Source: an uncultured Deferribacteres bacterium
GTDB taxonomy: Bacteria > Zhuqueibacterota > JdFR-76 > DREG01
Length of the DNA: 64,000 nt
NCBI GenBank assembly: GCA_913009825.1
Contig: CAJVYQ010000005.1
Span: forward strand, 25,265 to 89,264
Direction: 5' to 3'
Positions 11,301 through 20,662 of the stretch are shown here, piece by piece. The position numbers and the translations under genes were made by a program. A model generated the notes under the pieces. The model saw only the letters and a program-made list of their open reading frames with translations. It was not told the DNA's origin and ran no database searches. The stretch's first letter is position 1. The number at the start of each line of letters is the position of its first letter.

Positions 11301-12406
11301 GTATCCCGGGATCTGCCGGCAATTTGATTTTCGACAGTTACAGCCACATTTCCGACGATGGAGTCGCCATTAGCGACAACCACACCCCATATTGTGTCAT
11401 CAGCCACATAAACCGTGTAATTCTGTATGATAGAATCACCTATTGCCGCCAGGGTTATTCTTTGTGACATCGGTTCCAGATAATCTTTGCCGAAAGTTTC
11501 ACTCCATAAACCGACTTCCCAATCTCCTGTATCATCGCCGGAGAATCCGATCACGTAACTGCCATCCGGTTTTACGCCGGTATCCCGATTTTTCTGCATC
11601 GCCTGATTCCAGGCCCAGGCACCCATTTCCACCGGAACAAGGGCGCCAAATTGATCCAGTACTGTACCGGAAATATACATTTGCGGCTGTTTGAGAACAA
11701 AGTTTACCGGGCCGTGATTACCGGTTACCGAAATAGCCGTGTCCTTTTTATCAGCAATCCAGTTAACTAAAAATGATTCTTCAATTTCAACATGCCAGGG
11801 CTCTTGAAATAGTCCGGCTGTCGAATCCATATTAATAGTATAGTTACCGGAGCTGTCCGAAAAAGCGTACCAAAAGTTGGGCATAATCTGGTCATTATTC
11901 TGAAAAGCTCCGACGGGAGCCCAGGGAACACCCGCTCCCGTTCCATCTGTAATCTGGCCGAATATGGTGTAGCGGGGATTCAGAAGCGGAAGAATGCGAA
12001 AGTCGGCACTGTCTGCAACACCATTTTCCGTTACGGTCATGATGTAATAGGCAACACCCAATCCGTTTGGTAACTGTACGCTAACCTGGCCGTTTGCAGC
12101 GCCATCCATGTCCGGCGGGCCATCATCGCCTTCTCCGCCATCTGCCTGTAAAAATTTAAATGCCGGAAAATCGATGGCGGGATCAAGAATTTTGTTTGTG
12201 TCAACATCCACCCATAACTCTACACGTGCACTGCCGGCAACGGAAAGATTGTATTGCCAGGAGATAATTTCCCCCTGCCGGGCTTGCGCCCCGGTATCCA
12301 CCCCATTCACCAGTAAATTGGTCACCTGACCCACCAACGCTGCCGGAATAAATGCGACCGCCAGCAAAAACAGAATCGGAAGCAAATGATTTTTCTTCAT
12401 CGTCAC
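8387..12406 (-). CDS. Large secreted protein with three ~400-aa tandem modules (carboxypeptidase-regulatory-like beta sandwiches, acidic loops) and a T9SS-type-A/FlgD-like C-terminal domain
   Basis: Signal peptide; three copies of NL(L/T)(V/I)NG...W(V/L)DxDxNxxxxP...PDMDGxxNG; C-terminal LLQNYPNPFN...IYNLLGQEI...GLYFIKM. Confidence 0.8.
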   Translation of the reverse strand: MTMKKNHLLPILFLLAVAFIPAALVGQVTNLLVNGVDTGAQARQGEIISWQYNLSVAGSARVELWVDVDTNKILDPAIDFPAFKFLQADGGEGDDGPPDMDGAANGQVSVQLPNGLGVAYYIMTVTENGVADSADFRILPLLNPRYTIFGQITDGTGAGVPWAPVGAFQNNDQIMPNFWYAFSDSSGNYTINMDSTAGLFQEPWHVEIEESFLVNWIADKKDTAISVTGNHGPVNFVLKQPQMYISGTVLDQFGALVPVEMGAWAWNQAMQKNRDTGVKPDGSYVIGFSGDDTGDWEVGLWSETFGKDYLEPMSQRITLAAIGDSIIQNYTVYVADDTIWGVVVANGDSIVGNVAVTVENQIAGRSRDTTDASGYFVIPVSSSGSVYDVHLEGDGEELFRQAGFSPVQPYPVQAAPGDTVTLTFSNEPPPGGDLTINGMRTGAQTTPGEIVNWHYSLPVSGTAHVEIWLDRDGNRIFNPQFDLQVLNFEQQDNGMGLDSLPDMDGAANGEIFTQIPHGLAPGFYFMQVFVYDSPDMADLEVLPMVNPVYSVFGQVLDGDNNRIPGAVVRMQNNDMQVLPNFWLAITDDQGNFVFHIDSSAGFTMNPWWVFVDSHEQNLFFEPPDTMLNITGDHGPIIFRQTSGKVVVYGLVADQNNAPLAGNFLVDVWNDARQIRYRQPLNPDGSFAFNFTPDDYGHWEFRVVGEEWSTYMEPPSMFVNLSAGSDSVFLNFHAFTVDGTIWGQLIAGGNPIVGDMGVIAMNDTTGRSYGRTDSVGFFTIPVSSVGGTYEIRLQPEAYDSFLQAGLYLSSQNPVTAGAGDTVSIIFSDEPVEFGNLLINGLAANVQARQGEPFTWQFNLPVGSTANMEIWVDTDTNSVLDPAIDFSLIQFTQTDGQPEGNGPPDMDGLVNGRVWVSMKNGLAPGRYFMRVFQAGLADTVDFQVLPLLNPAFSVFGRVTGENGTGVPWVLIQAEPQVPSQLPVFWQAMTDSSGNYVVDLDSSAAGVPNPWRVSIDKETAKGFIPIPRDTVFQITGNHGPVDFMLQSPRWVVTGTVVDQNGVPFRGSFNPYAWNEPLHFQREGWLADTLGTYFVGFLPRDAGCWDVGIRSDQFERQYMKPVQQEICWPANEDTLLANFVVYETDAFIYGRISADGDPIVGHRRISAENDTTGRAGAFTDASGFFAIHVSQIAGQYEVRVDGEDFDRFTQAEYNLISPQPLYAAPGDTVEIQFSKFSAVDKAQKTQPKTFSLLQNYPNPFNLRIANITTVAFQIPKAAHVTISIYNLLGQEIARLIDREMQAGQHQLQWTGRDRNGVTVGNGLYFIKMTAPNFTQLRKLMIVN

Positions 12407-12685
12407 TCTCCTTTTTTAAATATTCATAAATAGTAACTAAGATTTATTGGAAGCATCAATCTGACCTGGTAGATTTTTTGCTCTTCAGCCCTCCATTTGT
12501 AAATTATCGGATTGTAAGCGGGAATACTTTAAAGATAACACCGGTTTGAACCGTGAAGAATGCGCGGTTTTACCGGATTATTTTGGCCAAGCGCAAAATT
12601 TCAGTGAACTTATTTTTAACAAATTGGTTAAATAATCAACAACCGAAAAAAATTATCACAAACAGAAAATTCCCGGGAGGAAAAA

Positions 12686-13531
12686 ATGAAAAGTGCAAAA
12701 ACAGGCCTGATTATTTTTGCCGTCTTAATCCCAGTCCTGATGCTCTCCTGTTTGGGACCCAAGAAACTCACCACCGATCAAACCTTCTTAAACCTGAAAC
12801 CGGTAGAACAATTGCCGGTTTACGATCTGGAAAGTATTCCGGCCAATTTTGAAGTAACCATCGAAAATGTGGCGGATATGGGTTCCAGTTACAAAAATCA
12901 CACGGCATTTTATATCAACGATTATCTGATTATGCCGGACGAAGATATTACCAACGTACAAAATGCATATCACTACAAGCTAAAATTGCAACCGGGATTC
13001 TATAATATAAAGGGAGAATATTTTGCCCTGGATGGATTCTCAGAAAGGAAGTTTACTATCAAACCACAAACCAAAGTGATGGTTAAACCGGGGTTCATCA
13101 CTAAAGTACAGTGTAAAATAGAAAAAAACTGGGACGGCACGCCATTGAACAATCCACTTCTGTTCCAGGTAAGCTATCTGCCGCTCACGCAACAAAATAC
13201 CCGGCAGCCCAAAGTGGTGAAACCACAAGCGCCCAGACAACAAAGAAGGCCGGCGCCGGTGGCTAAAATGCGTAGACAATTACCCCCAAAAAAGTTCCCC
13301 AATAAACATATGGTTGTTTTACAGATAAATACGGCTCCCACCGGCGCCGATGTGATTGTGGATGATAAATATATCGGTCAGACACCGTTACGAGTACAAA
13401 TTGACCGTGACAACGACCATATTTTACAACTTTCTCTAAAAGGTTACGAAGATGTGATTAAATATTTTGACAAGACTCAATTCGGCAGGGAAAAGACAAT
13501 TCATTTTCTGCAAAAGCTGAAAGCCAAATAA
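12686..13531 (+). CDS. Lipoprotein with C-terminal PEGA domain
   Basis: Lipobox MLSC; INTAPTGADVIVDDKYIGQTPL PEGA signature; GGAGG RBS. Confidence 0.8.
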   Translation: MKSAKTGLIIFAVLIPVLMLSCLGPKKLTTDQTFLNLKPVEQLPVYDLESIPANFEVTIENVADMGSSYKNHTAFYINDYLIMPDEDITNVQNAYHYKLKLQPGFYNIKGEYFALDGFSERKFTIKPQTKVMVKPGFITKVQCKIEKNWDGTPLNNPLLFQVSYLPLTQQNTRQPKVVKPQAPRQQRRPAPVAKMRRQLPPKKFPNKHMVVLQINTAPTGADVIVDDKYIGQTPLRVQIDRDNDHILQLSLKGYEDVIKYFDKTQFGREKTIHFLQKLKAK

Positions 13532-13671
13532 AAACAAACAGTTTGGCAAATTTTTCATTGTAAGCACAGCAAAGAATTCATCCATCTCCCGGAGAGTCTT
13601 CAATAGGCTGGGAATAACATCGTCCACATAAAACTTGTTTAATTAGTTTTTGACCGAAAACCCATAAAAAC

Positions 13672-13709
13672 AAAAAAAGCCGGAATGACAAATCATTCCG
13701 GCTTTTTTA
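13672..13709. terminator. Bidirectional intrinsic terminator
   Basis: aaaaaaagccggaatga-caaa-tcattccggctttttt between convergent genes. Confidence 0.8.
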
Positions 13710-13724
13710 TTTAGTGAAACAAAT

Positions 13725-14285
13725 TTACTTCTTGGGTATTTTATGCTTGATTTTCGCCCAAAATTCGGCATATTTAAATTTTTTGTAGCTAGGGCTTTCC
13801 GGATTATGACATTTTTTACAACCTTCCGGTTTCAATTTGGTCAGTCCAACGGTTTCAGCTTTAACGGTTCCGGCATGAATCCCCTTCATTATTTTCATGC
13901 TTTTGTAAGCGGATCCGGGACCATGGCAGGTTTCACAACCGACACCTTCGGCGGCAGCTTTAAAGCTGGCGGCAAACATGGTTTTGGGCTGGCCGGCACC
14001 GGTTAAGTGACATTTCAAACATTTTTCACTTTTTTGCGGATCGGCAATCCCTTTCTCTTTGGCAATTTTTTTGGCTTCCGGGCTTGCCAAAGCAGCATAG
14101 GCCTTGGCATGTTTCGAGACGCTCCATACTTTAAATTGGGCCCCTTTTTTGGCAGAACTGTGGCATATTTTACATTTTTTAACGCCTACATACTTAAATT
14201 TCCCATTCGTTTTTGCGACGCCAAAATCAGATACAACTAAAATGAACACGCCCACTGCCATCAGGATTGCGGCTAACTTTTTCAT
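13725..14285 (-). CDS. Periplasmic tetraheme cytochrome c (c554-like)
   Basis: Signal peptide; CKICH, CLKCH, CETCH, CKKCH; YVG...VGCETCHGPGS pattern. Confidence 0.88.
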   Translation of the reverse strand: MKKLAAILMAVGVFILVVSDFGVAKTNGKFKYVGVKKCKICHSSAKKGAQFKVWSVSKHAKAYAALASPEAKKIAKEKGIADPQKSEKCLKCHLTGAGQPKTMFAASFKAAAEGVGCETCHGPGSAYKSMKIMKGIHAGTVKAETVGLTKLKPEGCKKCHNPESPSYKKFKYAEFWAKIKHKIPKK

Positions 14286-14511
14286 CTCCGAACCTCCGTT
14301 TTTAGGTGAATATTTCGGGCTTATTATGGTAAATTACAACTCCGTATCTTAAATAAGAAATATTTTACAAACATACAAGAGTAAAATCATCTTTTTCGTA
14401 CTCTACCGATTAATCGCTAAAAAAGAGGCCGTGATTAATCTGTCAACAAAAAAGGGACAAACCGGTGTTTAAAATACGGCTGCCTTTTCACATCTTTATG
14501 ATTTTAATCTA

Positions 14512-14814
14512 TTAAAATGTTTTATCCGGGTGTAATTTTCTGGCTTTTTCCAAAAGCTCTTCTTCGCTTTCTTCATGATCAGGATCCGGCACGCAAGCAT
14601 CCACAGGACAGACGCTGACGCACTGTTCATCATCATAAAAACCTATACATTCAGTGCATTTATCCGGAACTATATAATAAATATCCTCCGATAAAGCAGG
14701 TTTGGTTTCGCCCATATATTCATATTCGGCGCCGCCTTCATAAATAGCAGTGTTTGGGCATTCCGGTTCGCAAGCTGCACAATTAATGCATTCTTCATTG
14801 ATCATTAAAGCCAT
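14512..14814 (-). CDS. YfhL-family 2[4Fe-4S] ferredoxin
   Basis: CINCAACEPECP and CTECIGFYDDEQCVSVCP. Confidence 0.92.
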   Translation of the reverse strand: MALMINEECINCAACEPECPNTAIYEGGAEYEYMGETKPALSEDIYYIVPDKCTECIGFYDDEQCVSVCPVDACVPDPDHEESEEELLEKARKLHPDKTF

Positions 14815-15038
14815 TTTAAAACTCCTTTTTTTTAATAAATAAAGTAAATGAAATTATTTGACGGATCTACTTAAGAGCATCCAATACACGCTGAACAAAC
14901 ATATCTTCGGGAACCGCTCCCTCAAATGAAATAGTCTCATTCACAATGGTTTTGGGCGCCCCCATAACATTTTATTTTTAGGACAGATGATGGAATTCGG
15001 AAGCCTCAACCATGTCGGCAGTGACAAATTCACTTTCC

Positions 15039-15245
15039 AGCCTACATTATTCACAAACTTTTGCCACAAAGAGACTAAGTCATTAATAATATTGCAATTA
15101 TGGCAACCCATTAATTAAAACTCAGTTTTTTTACGTATTTTTCTATTTAAATGCAAATTTATATAACTTTTTGTTTATTATACCTTTGTGTCTTTCCTGC
15201 CCGATGCAGACGGGGTGCCTTCGCGGCGAATGAATTTTTCAGGCT
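15039..15245. mobile_element. Insertion inside the PDO pseudogene (agcct...aggct ends)
   Basis: Removing it restores in-frame ...ISL-ESEF...; contains 9-bp-period repeats and a 19-bp mini-palindrome. Confidence 0.55.
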
Positions 15246-15307
15246 AGAGAAATTTGATGCGCCAACAACACCGCCTTCGGGCAATACGGACATCTAAGGA
15301 GTAACAT

Positions 15308-15506
15308 CAGACCTCGTTAAATTTGATAAATATTAGGTTGAATAACCGGACAAAAATCATCATGAATTTGCACTATATATTGCGTAAGTACTTGTTTTTT
15401 AGTTTAAAGTCAAACATGCAGTGTTCAATTATTCATGGATTTTCTCACAATTGACTGGTAAACAAGAACTTAATGAGCAATAAAACACCTGATTTAACGA
15501 GGTCTG
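15308..15506. mobile_element. 199-bp MITE with CAGACCTCGTTAAAT TIRs
   Basis: 15-bp perfect TIR; 5-bp TSD AACAT (15303-15307 / 15507-15511). Confidence 0.85.
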
Positions 15507-15966
15507 AACATAAACCTGAATACGTATCTGTTTATCAATTTTCTGAATCGACTGTTTGCTTTGTTCTGACAAACCGGATTCTCCCCTGGATACCATAATC
15601 TTTTTCCTTCTTGACCACTGTCGCCGGGATTTTATTTGTTTTGTATTTTTCTGCTTCAGATTTGTTTACCTGAAAATTATAAGCTTGAACCTTCACTTTA
15701 TCCGACAGCTCGGAGACTTCTGTCTGGTTTCCCGGCACCACATACATTCCAGTTCCCGGCTGAAATTGATAAGGGAAACCTCCCTTTCCAACTCGTTTAA
15801 ACGCTCACGTATGGGACCCTTATCGGCCTTCTGAATAAGCGCCATGTTGAAGCTCCTGTTTTATTGCGATAATTTAGTTAACTTTTTTTTGAAATGCAAG
15901 ATCAAATTTTACTGTAATTGTCTGTAAGTAAATTCAATAACGGACCGCCGGTCCGCTTCAAACGCC

Positions 15967-16170
15967 TCAGCCAAAATTTTCTGAGCAGCAACTACTTGCA
16001 GATGAACTGAAGTCGCCGGAACCGCCGCCGGACGAGGCGAAAGTGGAAAGCAATTTTATCGTGTTTTGTGAATCGCAATCCGGACAACAGACCGGGTCTG
16101 TATTGGAAAAGGAACGAAACAGCTCGAACTTCCCACCACAATCTTTACATCGGTATTCGAATATCGGCAT
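15967..16170 (-). CDS. FmdB-family zinc-ribbon protein
   Basis: MPIFEYRCKDCG...CPDC, KLLSTF, Gly/Ser-rich tail. Confidence 0.88.
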   Translation of the reverse strand: MPIFEYRCKDCGGKFELFRSFSNTDPVCCPDCDSQNTIKLLSTFASSGGGSGDFSSSASSCCSENFG

Positions 16171-16448
16171 TTTATCTCCTGTTTCAATTATTATTTGATT
16201 CTACTTATTTTACAATTCATTCTTATTTTCTGTTTTATTTTCAGGTTCTTCGTTTATTTTCGTATCTCCCGCCGGGAGATTACATGATCCGCCCGTTCAG
16301 GAACGAATTCCCAATTTGGGAAACACATAAAAAACCAAAAAAATATACCCACCAACCAACATGATTGCATCGAGCATTTGCATATCCTTTATTTATTTTA
16401 ATACGTTTAAATTTTGATTCAACAGGCAGGAAAAGGTTACAATTCGCT

Positions 16449-17042
16449 TCAAACCCGGCAGCTCACCACCTTTTTCCGGGACAAAACCTGGTAATGAGAT
16501 TCGCCGATATTATCAGCCCGGCTCACGGTAAAACCATTTTTCGTCAGACTGGATCGAAGCTCGGTCTGCGAAATCCGGTGAAGGGCCGGCGGTCCCTTGG
16601 TTTCCTCCTTCGGCTGCCATTCCAATATCCACAAATGACCATCGTCCCTCAAAATACGGCGGATTTCCAATAGAAATTTGTCCCGATTTTCAATCTCATG
16701 AAATACGGCGGAAAGTAAAACAAAGTCGATACTGTTCGTTTTCAGTGGAAAACGGTTTTCTTCGCACAGATGAACCTGTAAATTGGCAGGTGGTCGTCTT
16801 GCTTTTAACAAATCCAGCATTTCGGAAGATATATCCAGAGCATGAAGCATACCGTCCGGCGCTACAATTTTTGCTGCCGGAACACTAAAAAAACCATTGC
16901 CGCAACCGATATCTGCCGCAGTCATTCCCGGTTTCAGATCCATTTCTTTCAAAAGATTCTCCGGATCAAATTCACGAAAACGTTCTGCCGCCAACAGCCG
17001 GGCCGCGCCTTTTTGCGGAAATTTTTTATCACTATTAGACAA
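16449..17042 (-). CDS. Class I SAM-dependent methyltransferase
   Basis: ADIGCGNGFF, ALDIS, VFHE, GPP...RIS. Confidence 0.85.
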   Translation of the reverse strand: MSNSDKKFPQKGAARLLAAERFREFDPENLLKEMDLKPGMTAADIGCGNGFFSVPAAKIVAPDGMLHALDISSEMLDLLKARRPPANLQVHLCEENRFPLKTNSIDFVLLSAVFHEIENRDKFLLEIRRILRDDGHLWILEWQPKEETKGPPALHRISQTELRSSLTKNGFTVSRADNIGESHYQVLSRKKVVSCRV

Positions 17043-17057
17043 GATTATTTTTTTCCA

Positions 17058-17534
17058 TTAAATGTTCTTCCATAATCCGGCAAGATAATTTTCAAAACCG
17101 CATTTTCGCCAGAAACCAAATCCAGCCTCATTTGCAGCGGCAATATAAAGCTGAACAACGGACACCCCTTGCCCGCTGAACCAATCCTGAGTGTTTCCGG
17201 CCAATTTTTTTCCAACGCCGCTGTGCCGCATCGGTTCGATTACAATGAAATCGTTGATAAAACCGACTTTCCTCGGATAAAACCCGGGAACGTTGTTGAA
17301 AATAAAGCCGAACACATATCCGACAAAACGGTTATTCTGTTCCGCCACAAAAATTACCCCCTGTTTTTTCCTGAGATAATAAGTAAACCGGTCCAATACG
17401 CCGGGCCAATCATCGGGGAAAAATTGATAACGCGAACCAAACTCTGCATGGTAAGACATAAATTCAAGCCAGAGCGGTTTTAACCGGGGCAGATCGGCAA
17501 GCTCTGCGCTGCGAATAGAAAGGTCTTCGCTCAT
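17058..17534 (-). CDS. GNAT family N-acetyltransferase
   Basis: RHSGVGKKL acetyl-CoA motif; NEAGFGFWRKCGF. Confidence 0.85.
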   Translation of the reverse strand: MSEDLSIRSAELADLPRLKPLWLEFMSYHAEFGSRYQFFPDDWPGVLDRFTYYLRKKQGVIFVAEQNNRFVGYVFGFIFNNVPGFYPRKVGFINDFIVIEPMRHSGVGKKLAGNTQDWFSGQGVSVVQLYIAAANEAGFGFWRKCGFENYLAGLWKNI

Positions 17535-17535
17535 T

Positions 17536-18414
17536 TCACATCCTTTGGTCCGGTTCGGGAAGAATAGTCAATCTGCCAACCTGCCTTTTGAAAGGAATCC
17601 CCAGATAAGCAGGGCCAAATCCCTCGGCATCTTCGCCGATACTTTTCAACAATCCTTCAGGGATGCCGTATTGCCAGATCAGGATATACGGCACAATCTC
17701 GTAATCCCCGATGGGAACGATACCCGGTTTGTAAAAAATCGGTAAATCCCATTCCGATACTTCGTCTTTAACAATCACACTGCGTTCAGTCGCGCCGCTA
17801 TTTTCGATAAAAAACATTTCTCCCTCGTCGTTTCGCAAGATTGCACCGGCTAATGCCTGTCCGGAAATTTTCGGGAATTTGACAATAACCGGTTCTTCCA
17901 ATGCCGTCAGAGAAACGTGCACATTGACAATGCCGTTATATTTTTCCGTGATGGTGTCCGGTTCTGTCTTTGCCTTCATCTCAAGAATTTTGATCAACTT
18001 AATTTTGTGTTTCAGGCGCCCTTTTTCATCCACATCGCCTCTTGACAACAGCAAAATACCGTTGTTCACAATGACGATGGCGGATTCCCAATAGTAATTA
18101 GCTACGTAAAAATAGAGATGGTAAATTCCGCTCAATTTTTGCGCCACCGTTTCACTACCCAACGGCAGCGCCAAAGTGAATTGGCCGTCTTTGTCGCTTC
18201 GGGTGTTCAAATCGAAACCCTCCAGCCAGATGAACACGCTGTCCGGGGTTGACTCGTCATTCAACACAACCCGGCCGCTGATCTGTCTGATATCCGGTGC
18301 AATAATGGCATCGCCGGCAACCGGATTTTTTGTGCAGCTCATCATAGACAAAATTGAAACCGGAACAAGAAACGATAAGGGCAGGAGGAAAATTGTTTTT
18401 TGCAAACCGTTCAT
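17536..18414 (-). CDS. Hypothetical lipoprotein with carboxypeptidase-regulatory-like N-domain
   Basis: Lipobox-like MMSC; ISGRV...TRSDKDGQFTL. Confidence 0.65.
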   Translation of the reverse strand: MNGLQKTIFLLPLSFLVPVSILSMMSCTKNPVAGDAIIAPDIRQISGRVVLNDESTPDSVFIWLEGFDLNTRSDKDGQFTLALPLGSETVAQKLSGIYHLYFYVANYYWESAIVIVNNGILLLSRGDVDEKGRLKHKIKLIKILEMKAKTEPDTITEKYNGIVNVHVSLTALEEPVIVKFPKISGQALAGAILRNDEGEMFFIENSGATERSVIVKDEVSEWDLPIFYKPGIVPIGDYEIVPYILIWQYGIPEGLLKSIGEDAEGFGPAYLGIPFKRQVGRLTILPEPDQRM

Positions 18415-18462
18415 TTCTTTTTTCCATAAGCCAAAACTTCCGGCTTGTTCATCAACAAAAAC

Positions 18463-20355
18463 TCAGCGTAACTCAATCACTCTTTTCAGGAAACCGATTT
18501 GCGCGGCACCGGCTGTAACGGTTATTTTGGATCCCTGCTTCCCCTGCACGGTCCAGGTAAGGGTTCGCGCGCCGCCCCGGCCGTCGATGGCGGCAATCTC
18601 CTCGTACGGCTTGCCGGAATAGAGCATCTGTCCCTTTCCCGTTTTCAAACGAACCACAATGGGGGCAGGAATTCGTTGTATCCGGCCGTAGGCGGTAGCG
18701 GTGGGAAACCAGCCGGAATTAACAAGAGTAACCGAAACCGAATACATTTCCCTGCCGTTTTTCACAACTTTCACTTTGCCGATCTCCGTCGATGCGGTAT
18801 GCAACATCAGAGCGGTGAAAAAATGATTGTGAAACAAAATGGATTCTTTCATTTTTGCCAAAGGAGGATTGTACCGTAAAAACGGCACAAAGCCGCCTAT
18901 TTCCACCTGACCCAACTTGGGATGTTTGAAAGGCTGCCAGGCGACAAATCCTTTCCCGGCCAAAACTGTGTCGGAAAATCTCAGAAAAGCTTGTTCGGTT
19001 CGAACCGCGCTTTCCGGCAGTAAAATTTCAGCATAATCGCTCTTTGTGTCAAGCGGTCGATTCTCCGTGAAACTTTTTGGGAACGCCATCAAGTTCGCCG
19101 AAAAAACCGGCAGACCCAGATGAAAATAGCAATAGGACAGAAACGAACCTTTTTTCACACCGGCGTCTGTTTCAGGCCAGAGAGTCAGACCGCTTTCGGC
19201 TATCTTTCTGAGGTATTCTTCCCGAACGTATTGAAAAAATTTCACATCTTCCGGCTCGATGGAAGCGATTGGCGTCAATCCCAGAAAAGAAGCGATCCGG
19301 AGTTCATCGAGCATGCTGTCGGCCGGAGCAATCTGTTTTTGTTCCATTAAGCGCCGGATTTCCCGGAGTGTCGGGGATTGTTGCGGATCGGCTCCCAGAT
19401 AGCGGGCGAGATGGGGCGGCAATTTTATTTTTCCGCCGAACATCCGCGGGTCGCCGTCGCCGAACTGCCGGAAATTGAGCAGTGTATTGGTCAGAGAATA
19501 ACTCAGAATCAGGGAAATATTGGGACGGGCGATTAAAAAAATCATCCAGGCGGAGGTTTCATTTGTGGAATCCGGCCACATGTCGTTCAGGTTGGTTTGA
19601 TATTCGAAAAAGTGCGGGAAATCGCGGTTCAGATCGATCCCCCCCGGCGGATCTTCATTATATTTCCCGTCGCCGTCGTTATCGATCCCTTCCGTAAACA
19701 GAGAATAGGCTGCAACGCCGGCGGAGGAATCTGCGCGCCGTTCCATCAGGCGGGGATCTGCCCGGTTCAAAACCCACAAACCGTTTTTATCTTTCACCCG
19801 CATCTGAGTAATCATGCCGTCGCGATTCAAATCTTCCGGGCCGTCTTCATCCATTTTGCCGTCCGCATCATCATCCACAGGCTGATCGTTTGTCGTGCGT
19901 TCGAAAATGGGTTTCTCAAAATAATTTTTGGCCGCATCGGGGTTCATGAGAGGAGCTACATAAACGGTGTGCTTGTTCAGCAGATCGGTGATTTGCGGGT
20001 CAGCATTGTAACCGGTTAACAGCTTGTCGATGAGCGCCAGGATCGCTTGTGTACCGACCAGATGGACACCCTCAATGTTGGCCGAAACAAAGACGGCCGG
20101 CCGGTAGTCCGCTTCCTGAATATTTTTGGGCTTTGCCGCAATGCGCAGTACCACCAATTCGCTCCCGCCGGCGCTTTCACCGGCAATCATCACTTTTGTC
20201 AGATCGGGATACTTTTCATGCCAATTTTTGAGTTGGGCGACAACTTCCTCCGGCTTAAAATAGCGTTGCAAAAAAGCCTGATTTTGCGCGCTGCCGTTTG
20301 TGGGAACGGAAAAACCGGGCAACAGAAGATAAAACAAAAACGAGCGGATATTCAT
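18463..20355 (-). CDS. Secreted M14-family carboxypeptidase-like protein
   Basis: GESAGG, ANIEGVH, PLMNPD, DxDxDG repeats, DLNRDFP, HPKLGQVEIGG. Confidence 0.8.
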   Translation of the reverse strand: MNIRSFLFYLLLPGFSVPTNGSAQNQAFLQRYFKPEEVVAQLKNWHEKYPDLTKVMIAGESAGGSELVVLRIAAKPKNIQEADYRPAVFVSANIEGVHLVGTQAILALIDKLLTGYNADPQITDLLNKHTVYVAPLMNPDAAKNYFEKPIFERTTNDQPVDDDADGKMDEDGPEDLNRDGMITQMRVKDKNGLWVLNRADPRLMERRADSSAGVAAYSLFTEGIDNDGDGKYNEDPPGGIDLNRDFPHFFEYQTNLNDMWPDSTNETSAWMIFLIARPNISLILSYSLTNTLLNFRQFGDGDPRMFGGKIKLPPHLARYLGADPQQSPTLREIRRLMEQKQIAPADSMLDELRIASFLGLTPIASIEPEDVKFFQYVREEYLRKIAESGLTLWPETDAGVKKGSFLSYCYFHLGLPVFSANLMAFPKSFTENRPLDTKSDYAEILLPESAVRTEQAFLRFSDTVLAGKGFVAWQPFKHPKLGQVEIGGFVPFLRYNPPLAKMKESILFHNHFFTALMLHTASTEIGKVKVVKNGREMYSVSVTLVNSGWFPTATAYGRIQRIPAPIVVRLKTGKGQMLYSGKPYEEIAAIDGRGGARTLTWTVQGKQGSKITVTAGAAQIGFLKRVIELR

Positions 20356-20404
20356 GCGGAACCGTATGCCTCCCGAAAAAATTGGTTGACCAAAATATTA
20401 AATT

Positions 20405-20562
20405 GTGTCTGTCCGAAAATTCCCCAAAATATTATCATTCCGGCCTGTCTGCACAGGCAGGCAATTTTTAAGCCGCCTGCCTGTTGCAGACAGGGAATCT
20501 ACTTAAAAGCAGCAATGGATTCCCACTGAAAGAATGCGGGAATGACAAATTCGGACAGACAC
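20405..20562. mobile_element. MITE with GTGTCTGTCCGAA TIRs containing a GTCATTCC...GGAATGAC-type palindrome and two mini-palindromes
   Basis: 13-bp TIR; related copy at 30078-30201. Confidence 0.8.
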
Positions 20563-20662
20563 TAATTATAGTATATACAGATAACTGAAAATTCAACACA
20601 AATATTCCTGCCGGCTATTCAGCGAATCGCCCTATAAGCGCTCGACTCGGATATAAACAAAT

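Larger units (their letters stand above)
14867..15845 (-). pseudogene. Protein disulfide oxidoreductase (AhpF-NTD/PDO-like, two CxxC motifs), fragmented
   Basis: Manual translation: MALIQ...ELECMWCRETRQ / EVSELSDKVKV...IPAT / IDKQIRIQVYVTP / CPYCPKAVLLAHQI / ESEFVTADMVEASEF...PKTIVNETISFEGAVPE; frameshifts, stops and two insertions. Confidence 0.8.

Noticed and set aside
15285-15305. Selenocysteine in the PDO second motif
   Set aside because: The motif reads TGT-CCG-TAT-TGC (CPYC); the nearby stop is TAG with a frameshift, consistent with decay
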